A program made the position numbers and the translations under genes. A stretch of 62,940 bases of DNA, the filler included, from Catajapyx aquilonaris (lineage: Eukaryota), in NCBI GenBank assembly GCA_000934665.2. It is 3 parts of 3 records of this genome, joined end to end, with 100 filler letters (N's around TTAATTAATTAA, not from the genome) between each part and the next. Parts side by side here need not be neighbours in the genome. Positions count along the whole stretch, not along the records: positions 42,596 to 62,940 come from JYFJ02006298.1; 2 more parts are not named here. One strand, 5' to 3'. The notes under the pieces were generated by a model. The model saw only the letters and a program-made list of their open reading frames with translations. It was not told the origin of the DNA and did no database searches. Position 1 is the stretch's first letter; each line of letters starts with the position of its first letter. This document shows, piece after piece, positions 49,411-62,660 of the stretch.

Positions 49411-51441
49411 ATGAGAAGGTTCATACTGAGCACATTTTTGGCACTGGTGGTTGTCGCTCCCTTGAACCAAATTACGAGTTACTACCATCAGCTGCGCAAT
49501 GGAAGCAGAGAGGAAGAACTGGTGGCTCTGTTGGCGGAAGAGCTGCTGTCGACTGAGTTTGACGAGTGTTCCCTGGTTGTGTCCAGGGATTACCATCTGG
49601 AAGGAGGCTGGGGTTGGTCTGTGCTGAGGGAGGAAGAGAGGCGATACAGGCCGTCCACGGTGGTCGAGATGACCACGGGGCATTTCCCTTTCTCCTTCAG
49701 GGACTACCCTGCTCTGCGCAGGCAGGAAGACCTGATGGACTTCAGGACCATGCCCCCTGGCCTCAGGTCAAGGTCGTGGCCTGGGGGAAGCTGCACGTTC
49801 CACCTCCTCTTCCCATCCACGCCCCTCAATCTCCCTCAACTCATCGTCTACACGGGATCAAAGGTCAGGCTGGACAACCACTTGGACACTTTCCTCATTC
49901 ACTTCGTCGGGACAGATCATGGCACAAGTCCGGAGCAGGTCATGATGGAGCATCCGGCAGACGGGATCAGGTTCAAGCTGGCCACATCTTATCATTTGTT
50001 CCCCAACACATCAAGTGAAGGCCTCCAGATGTCCACAATCTGCCTCTTCTGTGACTCTGGACACCCAAAGCCAATGGAACTCGGGATATTCCACGGCGAT
50101 AAGGACAAGAAGGGGCGGGACAAGATCCTTTACCCGGACACTGCCGCAAAACTTAACCGTCACAAAGTGACAATGGTATTTGTTTATGACGTAGACATGG
50201 AGGAACTTCACAGGAAAAAAGAGGAACTTGGTGAAATCAATATGGGAGCAGTAGACAGGGCCATTTTGCTCGGAGAACACCATTTAAATGCCGAATTTAT
50301 TATATATGGCATGGAAATAGAAAATTCAGACAACCTCGATTACCACCACCCTAACGGCAGTTGGATTGGGGTAACTGGCGACATTCTGAAGGGAAAAGCA
50401 GACGGGTCGTACATATCATTATTGACGGAAGAGACCAACAAGTATGTCGCCTTGGCTTACCCCACCGTTCATCTCAAATTCATATTCATGACACCACTTC
50501 CTAACCGAATAATCAGGTGGGAAGTGATATTTGAGCCTTTTGAAGGAATAGTGTGGATTTTTGCTTGCTTCACAGTGCTCGTCACCACACTTGCAATATT
50601 CTATATTTACAACAACAAATGGGCTATTGCGCGTGAGTCAGTCTCTCTAATCAAATCTCTTAATTTCTCTGTGCGTTTGCTGATTTATCAACCAATTGAA
50701 CTCCTCCCATCAACACCATATTATATATTTTCGTGTTTCTTCGCCATGTTTTGCATGGTTATGTGCACTGGATACTGCAGCAAATTAGTGTCCTTTCTGA
50801 CCTACCCAGCTGAAGAGTTCGTCCCAAAAACATTTGAGGAACTTGTCTACGTCGGAGACTGGAAATGGGGGTTGCCATTGGAAGAGTATCTCCTTCTGCA
50901 CTTGATGGTTCCCCGTTCAAAAAACCCGACTCTTCAGAAACTGAGGAAGGAAGCCCAAATGATGACCGGGGTTGTTGAATGCATGGAGAATGCTCTGAAT
51001 GCAAAGAAAGTGGCTTGTGTGGCAATCGAGTCGCGAATCGAATTGGAAGAGAAAATGTACGCCGATGCCGATGGAAACATTATGTTCAGGAAGTCTCACG
51101 ACTCCATAATCAGTGTGACTTCGGCTGCAATCTTTGGTGCCGGGACAACCTATTTTACCCGAGCTAATTGGGGATCAATCATTGGAGCATACGAAGGACA
51201 GTTCCTCAAAAAATTCATATCAGATGAAGCACACATGAAGTTCGTCACGCATGTCCTGCGTCACCCACACAAAATGCAAGCTAGTAATGTCTATGACAAG
51301 GTACTGACAGTCAACAAGTTGTCCGCAATATTTTACTTGTGGCTGGTCGGTGTGGGTATATCATCTGTGTTATTTGCACTGGAAATGCTGAAGTGTAAGA
51401 GGCCCGCCAAAAGGTCACATGTAACACCATTTTTGATTTGA
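49411..51441 (+). CDS. Intronless divergent ionotropic receptor (IR, variant iGluR chemoreceptor), about 676 aa
   Basis: Signal-peptide-like MRRFILSTFLALVVVA; S1 motif NGSWIGVTGDILKGKAD; PFEGIVW before M1; M3-like YCSKLVSFLTYP followed by PKTFEEL; terminal TM LSAIFYLWLVGVGISSVLFALE. The ORF is open from 49312 and the first ATG is at 49411. Confidence 0.92.
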   Translation: MRRFILSTFLALVVVAPLNQITSYYHQLRNGSREEELVALLAEELLSTEFDECSLVVSRDYHLEGGWGWSVLREEERRYRPSTVVEMTTGHFPFSFRDYPALRRQEDLMDFRTMPPGLRSRSWPGGSCTFHLLFPSTPLNLPQLIVYTGSKVRLDNHLDTFLIHFVGTDHGTSPEQVMMEHPADGIRFKLATSYHLFPNTSSEGLQMSTICLFCDSGHPKPMELGIFHGDKDKKGRDKILYPDTAAKLNRHKVTMVFVYDVDMEELHRKKEELGEINMGAVDRAILLGEHHLNAEFIIYGMEIENSDNLDYHHPNGSWIGVTGDILKGKADGSYISLLTEETNKYVALAYPTVHLKFIFMTPLPNRIIRWEVIFEPFEGIVWIFACFTVLVTTLAIFYIYNNKWAIARESVSLIKSLNFSVRLLIYQPIELLPSTPYYIFSCFFAMFCMVMCTGYCSKLVSFLTYPAEEFVPKTFEELVYVGDWKWGLPLEEYLLLHLMVPRSKNPTLQKLRKEAQMMTGVVECMENALNAKKVACVAIESRIELEEKMYADADGNIMFRKSHDSIISVTSAAIFGAGTTYFTRANWGSIIGAYEGQFLKKFISDEAHMKFVTHVLRHPHKMQASNVYDKVLTVNKLSAIFYLWLVGVGISSVLFALEMLKCKRPAKRSHVTPFLI

Positions 51442-52825
51442 GTTGATCACCTGCCAGCACGACTTGTAAGAGTATACCCTATACAGTATGCTTCAATATA
51501 TTATTAATTAATCATGACTAGTATAGTGCACGTAATTATGCAGCCGACTATCTTTAAACCATTGCTTTACTTGCATAAATTACGAGTTAGCCTACTTATC
51601 CTGATGAACCCATTAAGGTTACACAAGACATGTGGAATTTCCTTACCGCTTTCTCTGTACGATATGATGAAGTGACATTACAAATCTCAGCGTTTAACAA
51701 TGATAAATATCAACTAAGAGTGTTTAAGATGACACACCCAGAGATTTCAAACTCTTGCTCAATTTATTGCTTCTCCACACTGATTATAACTACAACCTCA
51801 CTCTTATTCATGTCGCAATACGTTATCAAGAAATGAATATTTTAAGGCATCCTGAAATGACTATTCAGACTGAATAGTTTGCTGACAATGCAGTGTGGTT
51901 ATGTGCTTATAATTCTAAAAATACCAGGATCACTGCTATTCTGATATTTCCTAATACGATACGCTGTAAAAATGGGGTGTGTGAAGTTGGCTCACCAACT
52001 ATCTCGGATCGAAATGAAATCAATGGACTATGTAGTACTCTCAATTGACTCATTGGACCTTTTTACCCCGGTCATTGGACTCTTCTAGTTTCAGCGATAT
52101 AAAGGTTCAATATTTTCCCGCCAAAATATTTCAACCGCGATTGTGCGCACACCATTCGATGTGGCCGTCTGAAATTAATGGACTATATGTACTACGTCCC
52201 GAGGACTACCAGGTCCATACGTTTCGTTCATTGCACTTGCATAGTTTTAGAAATACTTGGTTTCAAATAAGTCTGAAACCACGTAGGGCGGATCGATGTC
52301 AAGTTAATGAACTGTAAACTACTCCTCTTGGACTATTGGGACCTTTCATCCGTTCGTTGGACCCTCATAGTTTCAGAGATATTTGGTTTTAAAGCTTTCT
52401 ATCCACACCCCATTTGACGTAGCCGTCAGAAATTTATGAACCTGGCAGTAGTTGGCGGTCGAGTTCTCAAGAATCAAGGGGTTATACAAAATGCAAACTG
52501 TTTCGGCCCTGATGGTTGGATTACAATGTAAAATCACGACATCGAAGCATACTTTTTATGGTGAAAATACAGCAAGTTCCTTCGAGTTTGCAAATAGGTC
52601 GGCAGTGCCTATGTGAATTCGAAGCACTTGGTTGGCGATAGTGAGCCATCATCCATGGGATAATTATCCAGGACTTCGTGTGAGTTACCTGAAGAAACAG
52701 CTTTGCTTATATCCCATTGATATATTTGATCTGTACTCACAGAGTAATCACTTGCATAATTAAAACAAATCGCAAGCTAAAACTTCGAAGAATGTAAGTA
52801 AAATGACCAGGTAAACTAAAGAAAT

Positions 52826-53018
52826 AATAATAATAATATATAATAATAATATAATAATCCGGGGTAGTGCTTGACCTCAACAGAGGTATGTAGCACGGAC
52901 CTTTATTTAATTTGTCGTGTACATGTGTAGATGAAGGGGGTGTCCCCGGGCTGGGATCGAACCCGGGACCTTAACATCCGTGGGCGCATACGTTACCGCA
53001 GCGCCACTCCGCCTCCCT
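52826..53018 (-). mobile_element. tRNA-derived SINE, head type A, short form
   Basis: Same head and GAGGTCAAGCACTACCCCGG-(TTA)n tail as 62266-62656 but lacking the middle. 14-bp TSD TAAACTAAAGAAAT. Confidence 0.9.
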
Positions 53019-53535
53019 TAAACTAAAGAAATTAACAAATACCATTTAGCCAAAGGTCATATTTTCAGATACATAGCATGGAAGAACTGTTAAATGCCTG
53101 AACACGTTGGCCTGAACACTAAATAAATCAGGTTACTCAACATACGCGTACATGTTGAACAGGTGTATTCAATACGTGTGCGAAGTTGGCTCACCAACTA
53201 TCTCGGATCGAATTGAAATCAATGAACTATGTAGTACTCTCAGTGGACTCTTTTGGCATTTTTACCCCCTCATTGGACCCTCTTAGTTTCAGAGATATTT
53301 AGTTTCAAAAAGTGGTGAGCCAACTTCACGCATCTCACCACCTAACTTATCTCCGATCCAGCTGAGATTAATGGAATTCATATAGTACTCTCAATGCACT
53401 AATTGGACCTGTTTACCCCGCTCATTGGACTCCTCTAGTTTCAGAGATATTAAGGTTCAAAGTTTTCCCACCAAAACATATCAACTGCTATTGTGCGCAC
53501 ACCATTCGACGTGGCCGTCTGAAATTAAAAGACTA

Positions 53536-53841
53536 CTAGCAGGTTACCCGGCGTTGCCCGGGTATGTTATGGTGGTAGGCCTACAATGTAATGAGGGCAT
53601 TACCATGGAAATCTATGAATATTGTTAAATAGGTAATTGGCAATTGGTTAATTGGGAATATGCGTGTTATGGGTGTTAGGTTCATTTTCGGAAGCTGAAA
53701 CATGCGGCATTAAATTCCTTGAAAAATGTATCTCCCGATATGCTAATTTAAGGCGGTGTAGGGGCCTTCCCCCGGATTTCTATAAGGGACAAACATCCAA
53801 ACATCCAAACTGACAAACTTCCTTATTTATAGAGATAGAGA
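53536..53841 (-). mobile_element. Non-autonomous Helitron (306 bp)
   Basis: Minus strand starts A|TC and ends with the hairpin CCCGGGCAACGCCGGG then CTAG|T. No TSD. Removing it restores the host repeat unit. Confidence 0.9.
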
Positions 53842-55303
53842 TGTAATACCAGGTCTATACGTTTCGTTCATTATACTCGCATAGTTTCAGAAATATTCGG
53901 TTTCAAAAGGGTGGCTGAAACCACATACGGCGGAACGACGTGAAATTAATTGACGGTATACTACTCCTCTTGGACTATTAGGACCTTTTTATTCCGTTCA
54001 TTATACCCTTCTAGTTTCAGAGATATTTGGCTTCAAATGTTGCCCAACAAAAATCTCAACTGCGATTGTACGCGTACCATTTGCCCGAGCCTGAAATTAA
54101 CGGACCTGATAGTACTTCCCCAGTAAGTAGTATCAGGCTCATACGTGTCGTTCATTGGACTCGCATAGTTTCAGAAATATTAGGTTTCAAAAAGATGGCA
54201 GAAACCACCCACTGCGGAGCGATGTGAAATCGATGGATTATGTAGTACTCCAATTATTGGACTCTTTGGAACGCTTCATCCCGGTTATTGGACCATCATA
54301 GTTTCAGAGATATTTGGTTTCAAAGCTTTCCAGCCTAATATTTCAACTGCGATTGTACGCACTCCATTTGACTTAGCCGTCTGAAACTTATGAACCTCGC
54401 AGTAGTTGCCTTAGGACTACCAGGTGTATAAGTCTCGTTCATTTGACTCGCATAGTTTCATAATTGTCCGCTTTCAAGCTTTCAGGGATAAAACATTTTT
54501 CTATATGAAAATATGCCTGGTAGAGGCCTAGACTTCCCTTATCTCAAAGTCGCCAAAAATGGACTTATTAACTTCCGGTTCTCACAGCTTCTATTCGACG
54601 GTTTTTTTTTTCGAAAACACTATTATGAAGAGCTTACTAGAGGGCGGTATGTACTGTTGTGCGAAGATGTTGATAATTACGTCTGGAAATAACTCATTTG
54701 TCATACAGGTAAAGTTACATCAATAGTCCACTGGCGTCATATCAAGCATCAGACCATTGCAGGAAGGTTGTATCTTGTATGCTCGGATTTCATGCACAAA
54801 TGTTTACTTCTGGTGAATAAGCGGCTGAGAGCAATTAGATACTGTAATATACAGTGTATTAATATTGTTTCAGATGCAGGGAGAGAAAGCTCATTAGTGC
54901 GCACGAGGGTTGTTACAGAGTAGTGCACTTCAAAGCGTCCAGCTCAATATGAAAGTATTGATAAATAAAAATATTGAAGGTCACTTTGAAAACTATTAAC
55001 CTGGCAATTCTTGGTGTCTTATTGTACATGAGTGTCCTTTGGTTGGTAGTGAGTCGTAAGAACATGACAAGACTGCCTCATTTTATTTGTTGATCTATAA
55101 AGACTTTTCCCCCCCATAAAAGTGATGTTACGTAATACTGCAATTAATTACTTGTCAGTGAGATAACGTAACTGCTAGAGGAAGGACTGCAAGTTTTTGT
55201 CCCCATTACAAACAGCAGCATTTGGTTCACCACATTATGAACGTCAGAGCTATATGAACGTACATAATAAAGTCGAAATTGTAAGTTCAGTTGGATGATG
55301 ATC

Positions 55304-55580
55304 AGGGCGACACTGTGGCTGAGTGGTTAGCTCCGCAGCCTTACACCTCTGAGGTCCCGAGTTCGATCACCGGGTCGGACGGAGGATACTTATGTGGATA
55401 GAGTTTCGATGGGTTTTCTCCGTATTCGCGCGGATTTTCTCGCGGTTCTCCCGTTTCCTCTCACAATCAAAATCCATCATAGCAAAGGCAATGATTAAAG
55501 ACGGTTGAATAGAAGATGATCCCCTACGTGCCTAAGAGGCCCGAGGAGGCCTGCATCACGGGGTATCCATTATTAGTTGG
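55304..55580 (+). mobile_element. tRNA-derived SINE, head type D
   Basis: GTGGCTGAGTGG A box, GAGTTCGATCAC B box and a GGGTTTTCTCCG...GTTTCCTCTCAC core. The 3' end is approximate. Confidence 0.8.
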
Positions 55581-56750
55581 AAGTTATATACATATTTCAA
55601 CCATGATTCAATTTCGACTCACATAGACCAATCATCGCTAGTAGATTTTATGTTATCGTATGAAAAGGCCCTTTTGGACTGTGGATTATTTAATACCCTA
55701 TCCTGTTTAGGAGAGCTTATTTTGTTAGTTCTACATGACCAAAACAGTGTATGACGCAATATTAGCATATAAGAATAAGGGTTTTTTAAATGAAAAAAGT
55801 ACAAATTAAACTATACACATTGGGACATATTATCATGTTCAAAGAATTTACATTTGCATGCCGGTTATCATTGACTTAATAAAACTAAAATATGTTACTT
55901 CAAAATACTGGTCACTGATATATAAGGGTGGAATATTAAATTTCGAAAATGGCACACGCCCAGATGTCAACTGGAAGTCAAATAAAAAACTATTGGGAAA
56001 TATGCTGCTACTTCACTAACACACATTAAACATAAGCTATACAAAATGATGATGAATAGATGAATGATAACATACGCAACTGATAGCAAATAATTCCCCA
56101 CAAGTGGTCTCATAACAAGACCTCTATGAAGGACGCGCATGTTTTAGAGTCACTAAAGCCACCAGTTTGTCGATATGACGTCCGCATGGTCGCGTAATCA
56201 CTGAATCAGACGAAAGTAGTTTACTACGTGGATCAATTACATCGTAGTCTCCCAGGGCAATTAATTATGAACACTGTAGTAGTTTGGCTCCAGATGACAC
56301 TGACTAGGGGTAGTCAGACCACTCTTGGATAACATTTTTCTTGTATGTATAAGGAAAAGAAGGAACTTACTTTCATACCTCTAATTTTAATTTTAATACC
56401 GGTACCTCTAATTAAATACCCCATGCGTCAATGATAACAGCATAAACCCGACGGTATTATGATTTAAGGTCCAAATGATATTACCATTGTTATCATTAGG
56501 CCTACGCAGGTTGCAACAAGACATTGTTAACATATGCACTGTCAGAGGAAACTCTCAAATTCTTTTCATGTTGTCTGGAACTAAAACATTTTGTAGAGTA
56601 CCTGAATATCGTCTCCGAATAATATATTCCTTAATTAATTAATTATTTATTTATTTACTCACTTACTTACTTATTTCTTTATGGGGTCAGTTGGAATTGC
56701 GTCGTCATATTGGAACATCCTCCGGTTCAGATTATTAATCAAGATTGGCA

Positions 56751-57013
56751 AATCACGCGAGCGTGATTAGAATATACTTTTTCTCATTCTTTCAAGTAGA
56801 CTTGTGCGGATAGAGTGAACCCGGAAAATCGAAAGAGGGGATCACCGGGTGTTGACCATATCACCTATTTGTTATGTAGGTCACGCTTAATCCGAAGATG
56901 GAAACCGTCTGTTGCTATCTTTTGCGGTTGAGGCCCTGTTACATGTCCACAGACGGACAGGCAGACAGAGGCGTTCTATAAGACTTTTTTTCGATGAAAA
57001 GAAAAAGTCTTAA
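56751..57013 (-). mobile_element. Helentron-associated (DINE-1/HINE-like) non-autonomous element
   Basis: Short inverted pair AGACTTTTT...AAAAAGTCT, GTCY microsatellite and terminal stem AATCACGCGAGCGTGATT. Homologous to the 58283 and 60960 copies. Confidence 0.75.
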
Positions 57014-58282
57014 ACTATACATATATGTACCAAAAAAGGATTATATTGAAATATGATTGCAATTTGCTACCATGCGAAACGTGATACATCATTTATCCCG
57101 GAGTTGGATACTCCACTTCACTGCAGCATTGTTGTACTGTAATAACTATTTTCACTCTTATTTTGCCACGAACACATGGTATACTCTTTTGTTAATGAAA
57201 AATAATCATGACACTCTGTGCTTTAGAAAATTTAATGACAAACAGAGTGATGTACCGTACCAGCCTGAAACTACGTTCTAACATGAAACTGACATTTCGG
57301 ATCAATGTTACACGACTACGAACGCAATCAATTTAAGTCACAGAATCAGAATTTGTAGAACTTCAATATTGTAATGAGGAAAACAGAGAACAAGGGAATC
57401 TCGTCCACGAGCTGACCTGCTCTGAATAACATATTATTGAATGAAGACGTCACAAGACCCCCTGACGTTTTTCATGGTTACGCTATCCTTGGGCCCAACA
57501 TTGACACATAAAAAATTATGTAACATCTCTCTATCGAAGTTTTTTTTTGAACACAATCATGTAACTTGTATGGCTGGTTTATTAACCATGCAGGTGCATA
57601 AAGGCTGTCTCTTCAGATGTAAAAGATTGATTCCAGATTAAGGGACGAAGCGGTGAAGACATATTGTCAGATTGGACAGAGACGGGTAAGTTATAGGGTC
57701 ATGCATTATTATTGATGTTTTTTAAAAAATTGACATATGTTAAATAGACAAGATTGGAAGTATGGATCAGATTGAATCAGTTGAGTGTGTGATATGTTTA
57801 TGGGAATAGCCGACAAGATGTTAACCCGTGGCTCAATATATCCATCCAGAGAAGGTAGGAAATAAAATAAGGAAAAGTGGCTCTTCCTAGTGTCTATTCC
57901 GAAAAAAGCAAGGCCTCAGTTTCGGCCATTTTCAAAGTTTCTCGATTGTTTCCCTCCCAATGGTATTGCGCAATGTGGCTGAAACTTGATATGCATCATT
58001 ATGACATAAATGTCTGTACATCTGTGATTATTGTTTTCACCAACATCCGAGATGATGTAATAAGATTTCGGCTCACTTGATTCGGAAAGACCCCTAGTAA
58101 ACCGGTCCAAACTTTAAAACTCTCAAAAACTAGAGCTGATGGAACAAACCGGATGACAGGTTTGGAATCAGCGCCACATCAGATATACACTCAAATCGGT
58201 CTAACCGTCAAGGCACCAAAAAATAATTTCAATTGTGTGAAATAATTGAGCTTTTTTGTTATTAGAGTAAACAAGATAGGAA

Positions 58283-58533
58283 AATCAAGTGAGCGTGATT
58301 AGAATATACTTTTTCTCATTCTTTCAAGTAGACCTGTGCGGATAGAGTGAACCTGGAAAACCCGAAGTCGCGGGTCACCGGAAGTTGACCATGACACTTA
58401 CGATTTAGGTCACTCTTAATCCGAATATGAAAACCGTTTGTCGCTATCTTTTGCGGTTGAGGCCGTGATACCTGTCTACAGACAGACATAGCCGTTCTAT
58501 AAGATTTTCTCGATAATGAGAAAAAGTCTAAAC
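58283..58533 (-). mobile_element. HINE-like element, second copy
   Basis: GAGCGTGATTAGAATATACTTTTTCTCATTCTTTCAAGTAGAC...GCTATCTTTTGCGGTTGAGGCC is shared with the 56751 copy. Confidence 0.75.
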
Positions 58534-58931
58534 TCAGTAGGCCTACTTAGAGAGCTCTCTGGCGGGTTTACTGTGTACTGCGCAGTACATGTTACACAAT
58601 AAAATAATCTTATATAACATCATATTTATCACCTGGCAACGTCAACCCATGTCTACTCTTATACGCCCACGATTACGCCATCGCAGCCTCTCTTCGGCAT
58701 CAACAATCATGTGGAAGATCATCATCATCATATCAACAAAATAGGTTCATTCCAAAATTAAGTTGTTGTCATGTGATTGGTAGAATTATAATAATTAATC
58801 TAGGTAATTGAAATATTTGTCCTCGGGTAAAATGCTTTTAAAATGGGCCTGGAATTATTATAATTCATTTATTTCATAACTTAATAGCATGACATTTTTT
58901 GTGTATTTAAGACACTAAGGATACACCAACA

Positions 58932-60489
58932 ATGGCCGAAGAAAATAACCTGACGTGGATGCAGCGCTTTGCAGTGTCTATAGTGAACCAAGGGGACGTT
59001 CCTAAACATATGGCATGCATCATGGATGGAAACAGAAGATACGCAAAAGCGAGAAATTTGCCTCTCATTGAGGGACATAAAGATGGGTGAGGAGTTAATA
59101 ACTATAAACTGGCCCATTTACTTCTACGCAATCGACCATTGGAGAGTTAAATCAAATCACTGCCTGATTCAACTCATGAAGTGATTGAACAGCAACAATA
59201 GTGATTGTGGTTTTCTTGCTCAGACATTCACACTAGATGTATGTCCTAATCGTTATGAAATATCTTTTTCTTGCAGGTACAAGAAAATGCTTGAGGTTCA
59301 GGAGTGGTCTAGAGCAATGGGAATATATGCAATAACTGCGTATGCCTTCAGCATAGAGAACTTCAAGAGGACAAAGGAAGAGGTCGATCAGCTGATGAAT
59401 TTGTTCGAGAAAGCGTTTCAAGACATCCTGGATGATATGTGAGTCTCAACAATCAAACATTATTATCTGATTAATTAGCATTATTTACCCATTACCTATG
59501 CAAAGTCAATTAATGTGCCCACTTACCCTCTGTTAGTCACTGATTTGACATATTGTACGTATATACCACAAGATAAAATAACTTCAAAATTTCAGCGATA
59601 TGTGGATCAAGAGAGACACTCAAATACGTGTGATTGGTCGATTGGAACTCTTTCCCAAAAGGCTGCAAATCCAGGCTGGACAGATCATGGAGAAACTGTC
59701 AGGCTGCAAAAAGCACGTCTTTACTTTGGCATGTCCTTACACGTGTGAGTATTCCATGACGTACAAGAGTAATTATTATTGAGAATCAACAAGTAACGTT
59801 CATTTTTTCCAGCCCGTGACGACATGATCTCCGCAATTCACCAGCTGATGGAAGGAGTGGACAAAGGTCTTATCGAACCAGAGGACGTGTCAGAGGGACT
59901 GATGGAGAAATGTCTCCAGACCAGGGACCTTCCTCCTGTGGACATGCTCATTAGAACCTCAGGAGAAATGAGGTTCTCGGACTTCATGCTCTGGCAGGTC
60001 AGTCTCCATTTGCACTTTTTGAATAGTCTGCATTGTTAGGTGTGTAACAATCTTTTTCTACCTATAAATATTTTTCCTGATTCAGAGTACGTACAGTTTT
60101 GTCTGCTTTGAGAAAGTAACTTGGCCACAGTATGGATTCTGGAATTTCCTGGGAGGCATCTTACTCTTCCAACGACATTCGTATTTCTTGAAGGTAGGAG
60201 AACATTACTATGCAGAGTATACCTTTGAGAATAATATCATAGAAGAGGGGTTATCCGAATATATACAGGAAGACTATGATTCAAAAACAATTTTAATATA
60301 TATTTTTTATCGCTCGACAATTTTACAGTCACCTGACACGTACACGTTTTTTTGCAGGATAAATTGAAAAGGACACAGGTCGAGCTGGAGCAAGAAAAAT
60401 CGGACCCGGAGAAAGGAACACGGATAACTAATTTTTTGGGGAAACTCGACAGGAAGCACATCGAGTACGTAGCGCACTTGTCACAATAA
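58932..60489 (+). CDS. DHDDS: Dehydrodolichyl diphosphate synthase-like cis-prenyltransferase, 6 exons (58932-59086, 59277-59438, 59596-59744, 59813-59997, 60086-60193, 60358-60489), 296 aa
   Basis: All introns are GT-AG and phase-compatible, 891 nt in total. Motifs PKHMACIMDGNRRYA, GH..G, YAFSIENFKRTKEEV, IRVIG, YTSR, DMLIRTSGEMRFSDFMLWQ and WP. Confidence 0.95.
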
Positions 60490-60959
60490 TGTCAAGAAAA
60501 AAGTGCTTTACATGATAACCCCTTATACTGTTAAGATAAATATCTCTTAATTCTTCAAAATTATTTTTAAAAGGCAGCTTGTTCTTCATTGCAGTAACAA
60601 AATATTTGTCATACACTATTCGGTTTCTCTGTATGCATCAATTTATTGACAGCATGTATTCATTAACAATATCTCGATAACATATTATGTTTTCATGACG
60701 TGCGACTAATATTGCAACTGGAAATTAGCAAACTATCTTTTTCTCTTAGAACCTTACTGTTCTCAATAATTATTCAAGCCACATTATTGTCGACGATTGC
60801 ACATGATGACACAATATTACACATGGATATTGTACTCTGAGTAATGATTTTTCGTAGCACAATCGTAGGAAATATGAATAGCAGACCTCAAGACACTGCA
60901 TCAGAAAAAGTCAATTAACATGATAATGCTTGACACGCAACATTTACGACATAATTACT

Positions 60960-61166
60960 TAAATCGAATTATTTTCATCATGCGATAGGAATCTCCGTCC
61001 GTCCGTCCGTCCGTCTGTGGACAGGTATCATGGCCTAAACCGTAAGAGATAGCGACAAACGGTTTTCATATTCGGATTGAGTGTGACCAAAATAGGTTTC
61101 ATGGTCAACTTCTGGTGACCTGCCACTTCCGGTCTTCCGGGTTCACTCTATCCGCACAAGTCTACT
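60960..61166 (+). mobile_element. HINE-like element, third (partial) copy
   Basis: (CCGT)n CTGTGGACA...GATAGCGACAAACGGTTTTCATATTCGGATT...GGTTCACTCTATCCGCACAAGTCTACTT is the reverse complement of the copies above. Confidence 0.75.
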
Positions 61167-62265
61167 TTACGGGCGGGTTATCGTTGGATTTCGAAGTTAG
61201 TTTCCGTGTGTTCCTGACCGTGTTTTTCGGGGATTTACTCCGGGTTTTACCTGTCTCTCTGGCACAGGGGCTGTGGAATTTATTCCTGCCGTTGGACATG
61301 TTTGCAATGTCTGCGTCATCGGCCGCCATGATGATATCGCCCAAGCCGATACTGGAATCTATATGTTGCCTAGGTTACGATATATCGATTCACATGCTCC
61401 CTGAAAGAATTAGAAAAGGTCTAGAAACTGATTACACACTTCAATGTCATTATATGTGGTCGCTAATGTAATCCCATGGAGTATGAAAATGTATTATTTT
61501 TGGAACTTTAAGACGTCATAACTTTTGCAAATATGGGGTTCCGCACGAAATATTTCATTTTTGGGCATCATATATTGTCCTGTATTTGCATGATCAATTT
61601 CATCAAGATCCGTCATTATCACCCCGTGACCTTCCCTTGTGAGTTGACCTTATCATTCATTGTTTTTTTTTATTAAAAAAAGTGCTTATGTAACAGACAA
61701 ATAATTTGCATCTCATCGTATTTTATGCCAGTAATTTCTGTAGCGCACTTCAATTTGGGTTGTAGTTTATTTACAACGAGATATGTGCAATAAAGAATGT
61801 TAAAATGCAGTGTTTGTTACCGACACTGATGTAACGCGCAAAGAGTCTTCTCTGATAGTCTTTAGTGTAAGACTGAATGAGATGTGAAATGTACTGCATG
61901 TGATTCAGGTGAGTTTTATAATTGCTGGAAGCAGAGAATGGTGGTCATGAGGCTTCTCGAATGGAGCTGACAACAATCCTGAGAGTGTTTCCTTGGGAGA
62001 TTCCTACAACAATAAAGAAGGATGCAATATTCCGACCACTCTAATAAGTCGCTAACTGTGACGTCCATTGTTACCGTAAGAGTAAATTACTTGAACCCAA
62101 CTCAATCCTAATGTTACGCAAGTGGGTGTAATGCGACTACGTCTGCTGGTTTGCGCAAATTAATTGCTCATTATTTCCCATATCTAGATGAACGCAAGCC
62201 GTCTAATCTGTTTGTTTGAGGCATGTTCTTCTTTTTAACAATTAGGTAGTATAGTGAATGTTTAT

Positions 62266-62591
62266 TGGGAGGCGGAATGGTGCTGCGGTAACGTATGCGC
62301 CCACGGATGTTAAGGTCCCGGGTTCGATCCCAACTCGGGGACACCCCCTTCATCTCGTGCAGAGTTCAGGGTCACCTCTGGCTTCGTCTCGGGTGGTATT
62401 TCCACAGACTAAACCACCCGGGGGAGTTCGCTAAAAATGGCCACGTTTAAGACATTGCACTGCACCTTGCACATCCCCTCCTATCATCCTGCCCGTGGGC
62501 CCGGGCGCTACATAAAAAGGCTCAAATGTACTTGATATAATAAATAAAGGTCCGTGCTGCATACCTCGGATGAGGTCAAGCACTACCCCGG

Positions 62592-62656
<65 letters not shown>
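62266..62656 (+). mobile_element. tRNA-derived SINE, head type A, long (TTA)n tail
   Basis: A and B boxes (GGTTCGATCCC). 16-bp TSD TATAGTGAATGTTTAT (62250-62265, 62657-62672). Confidence 0.92.

Positions 62657-62660
<4 letters not shown>

Larger units (their letters stand above)
51975..54485. repeat. Two related TE-derived arrays of diverged 130-155 bp units
   Basis: The CATTGGAC...TAGTTTCAGAGATATT motif recurs about 10 times. Both arrays begin GTGTG.GAAGTTGGCTCACCAACTATCTCGGATCGAA (near 51977 and 53176). Confidence 0.8.

Noticed and set aside
58932..60489. Horizontally acquired bacterial UppS
   Set aside because: Five spliceosomal introns and eukaryote-type AFSIENFKR and C-terminal helix indicate DHDDS.
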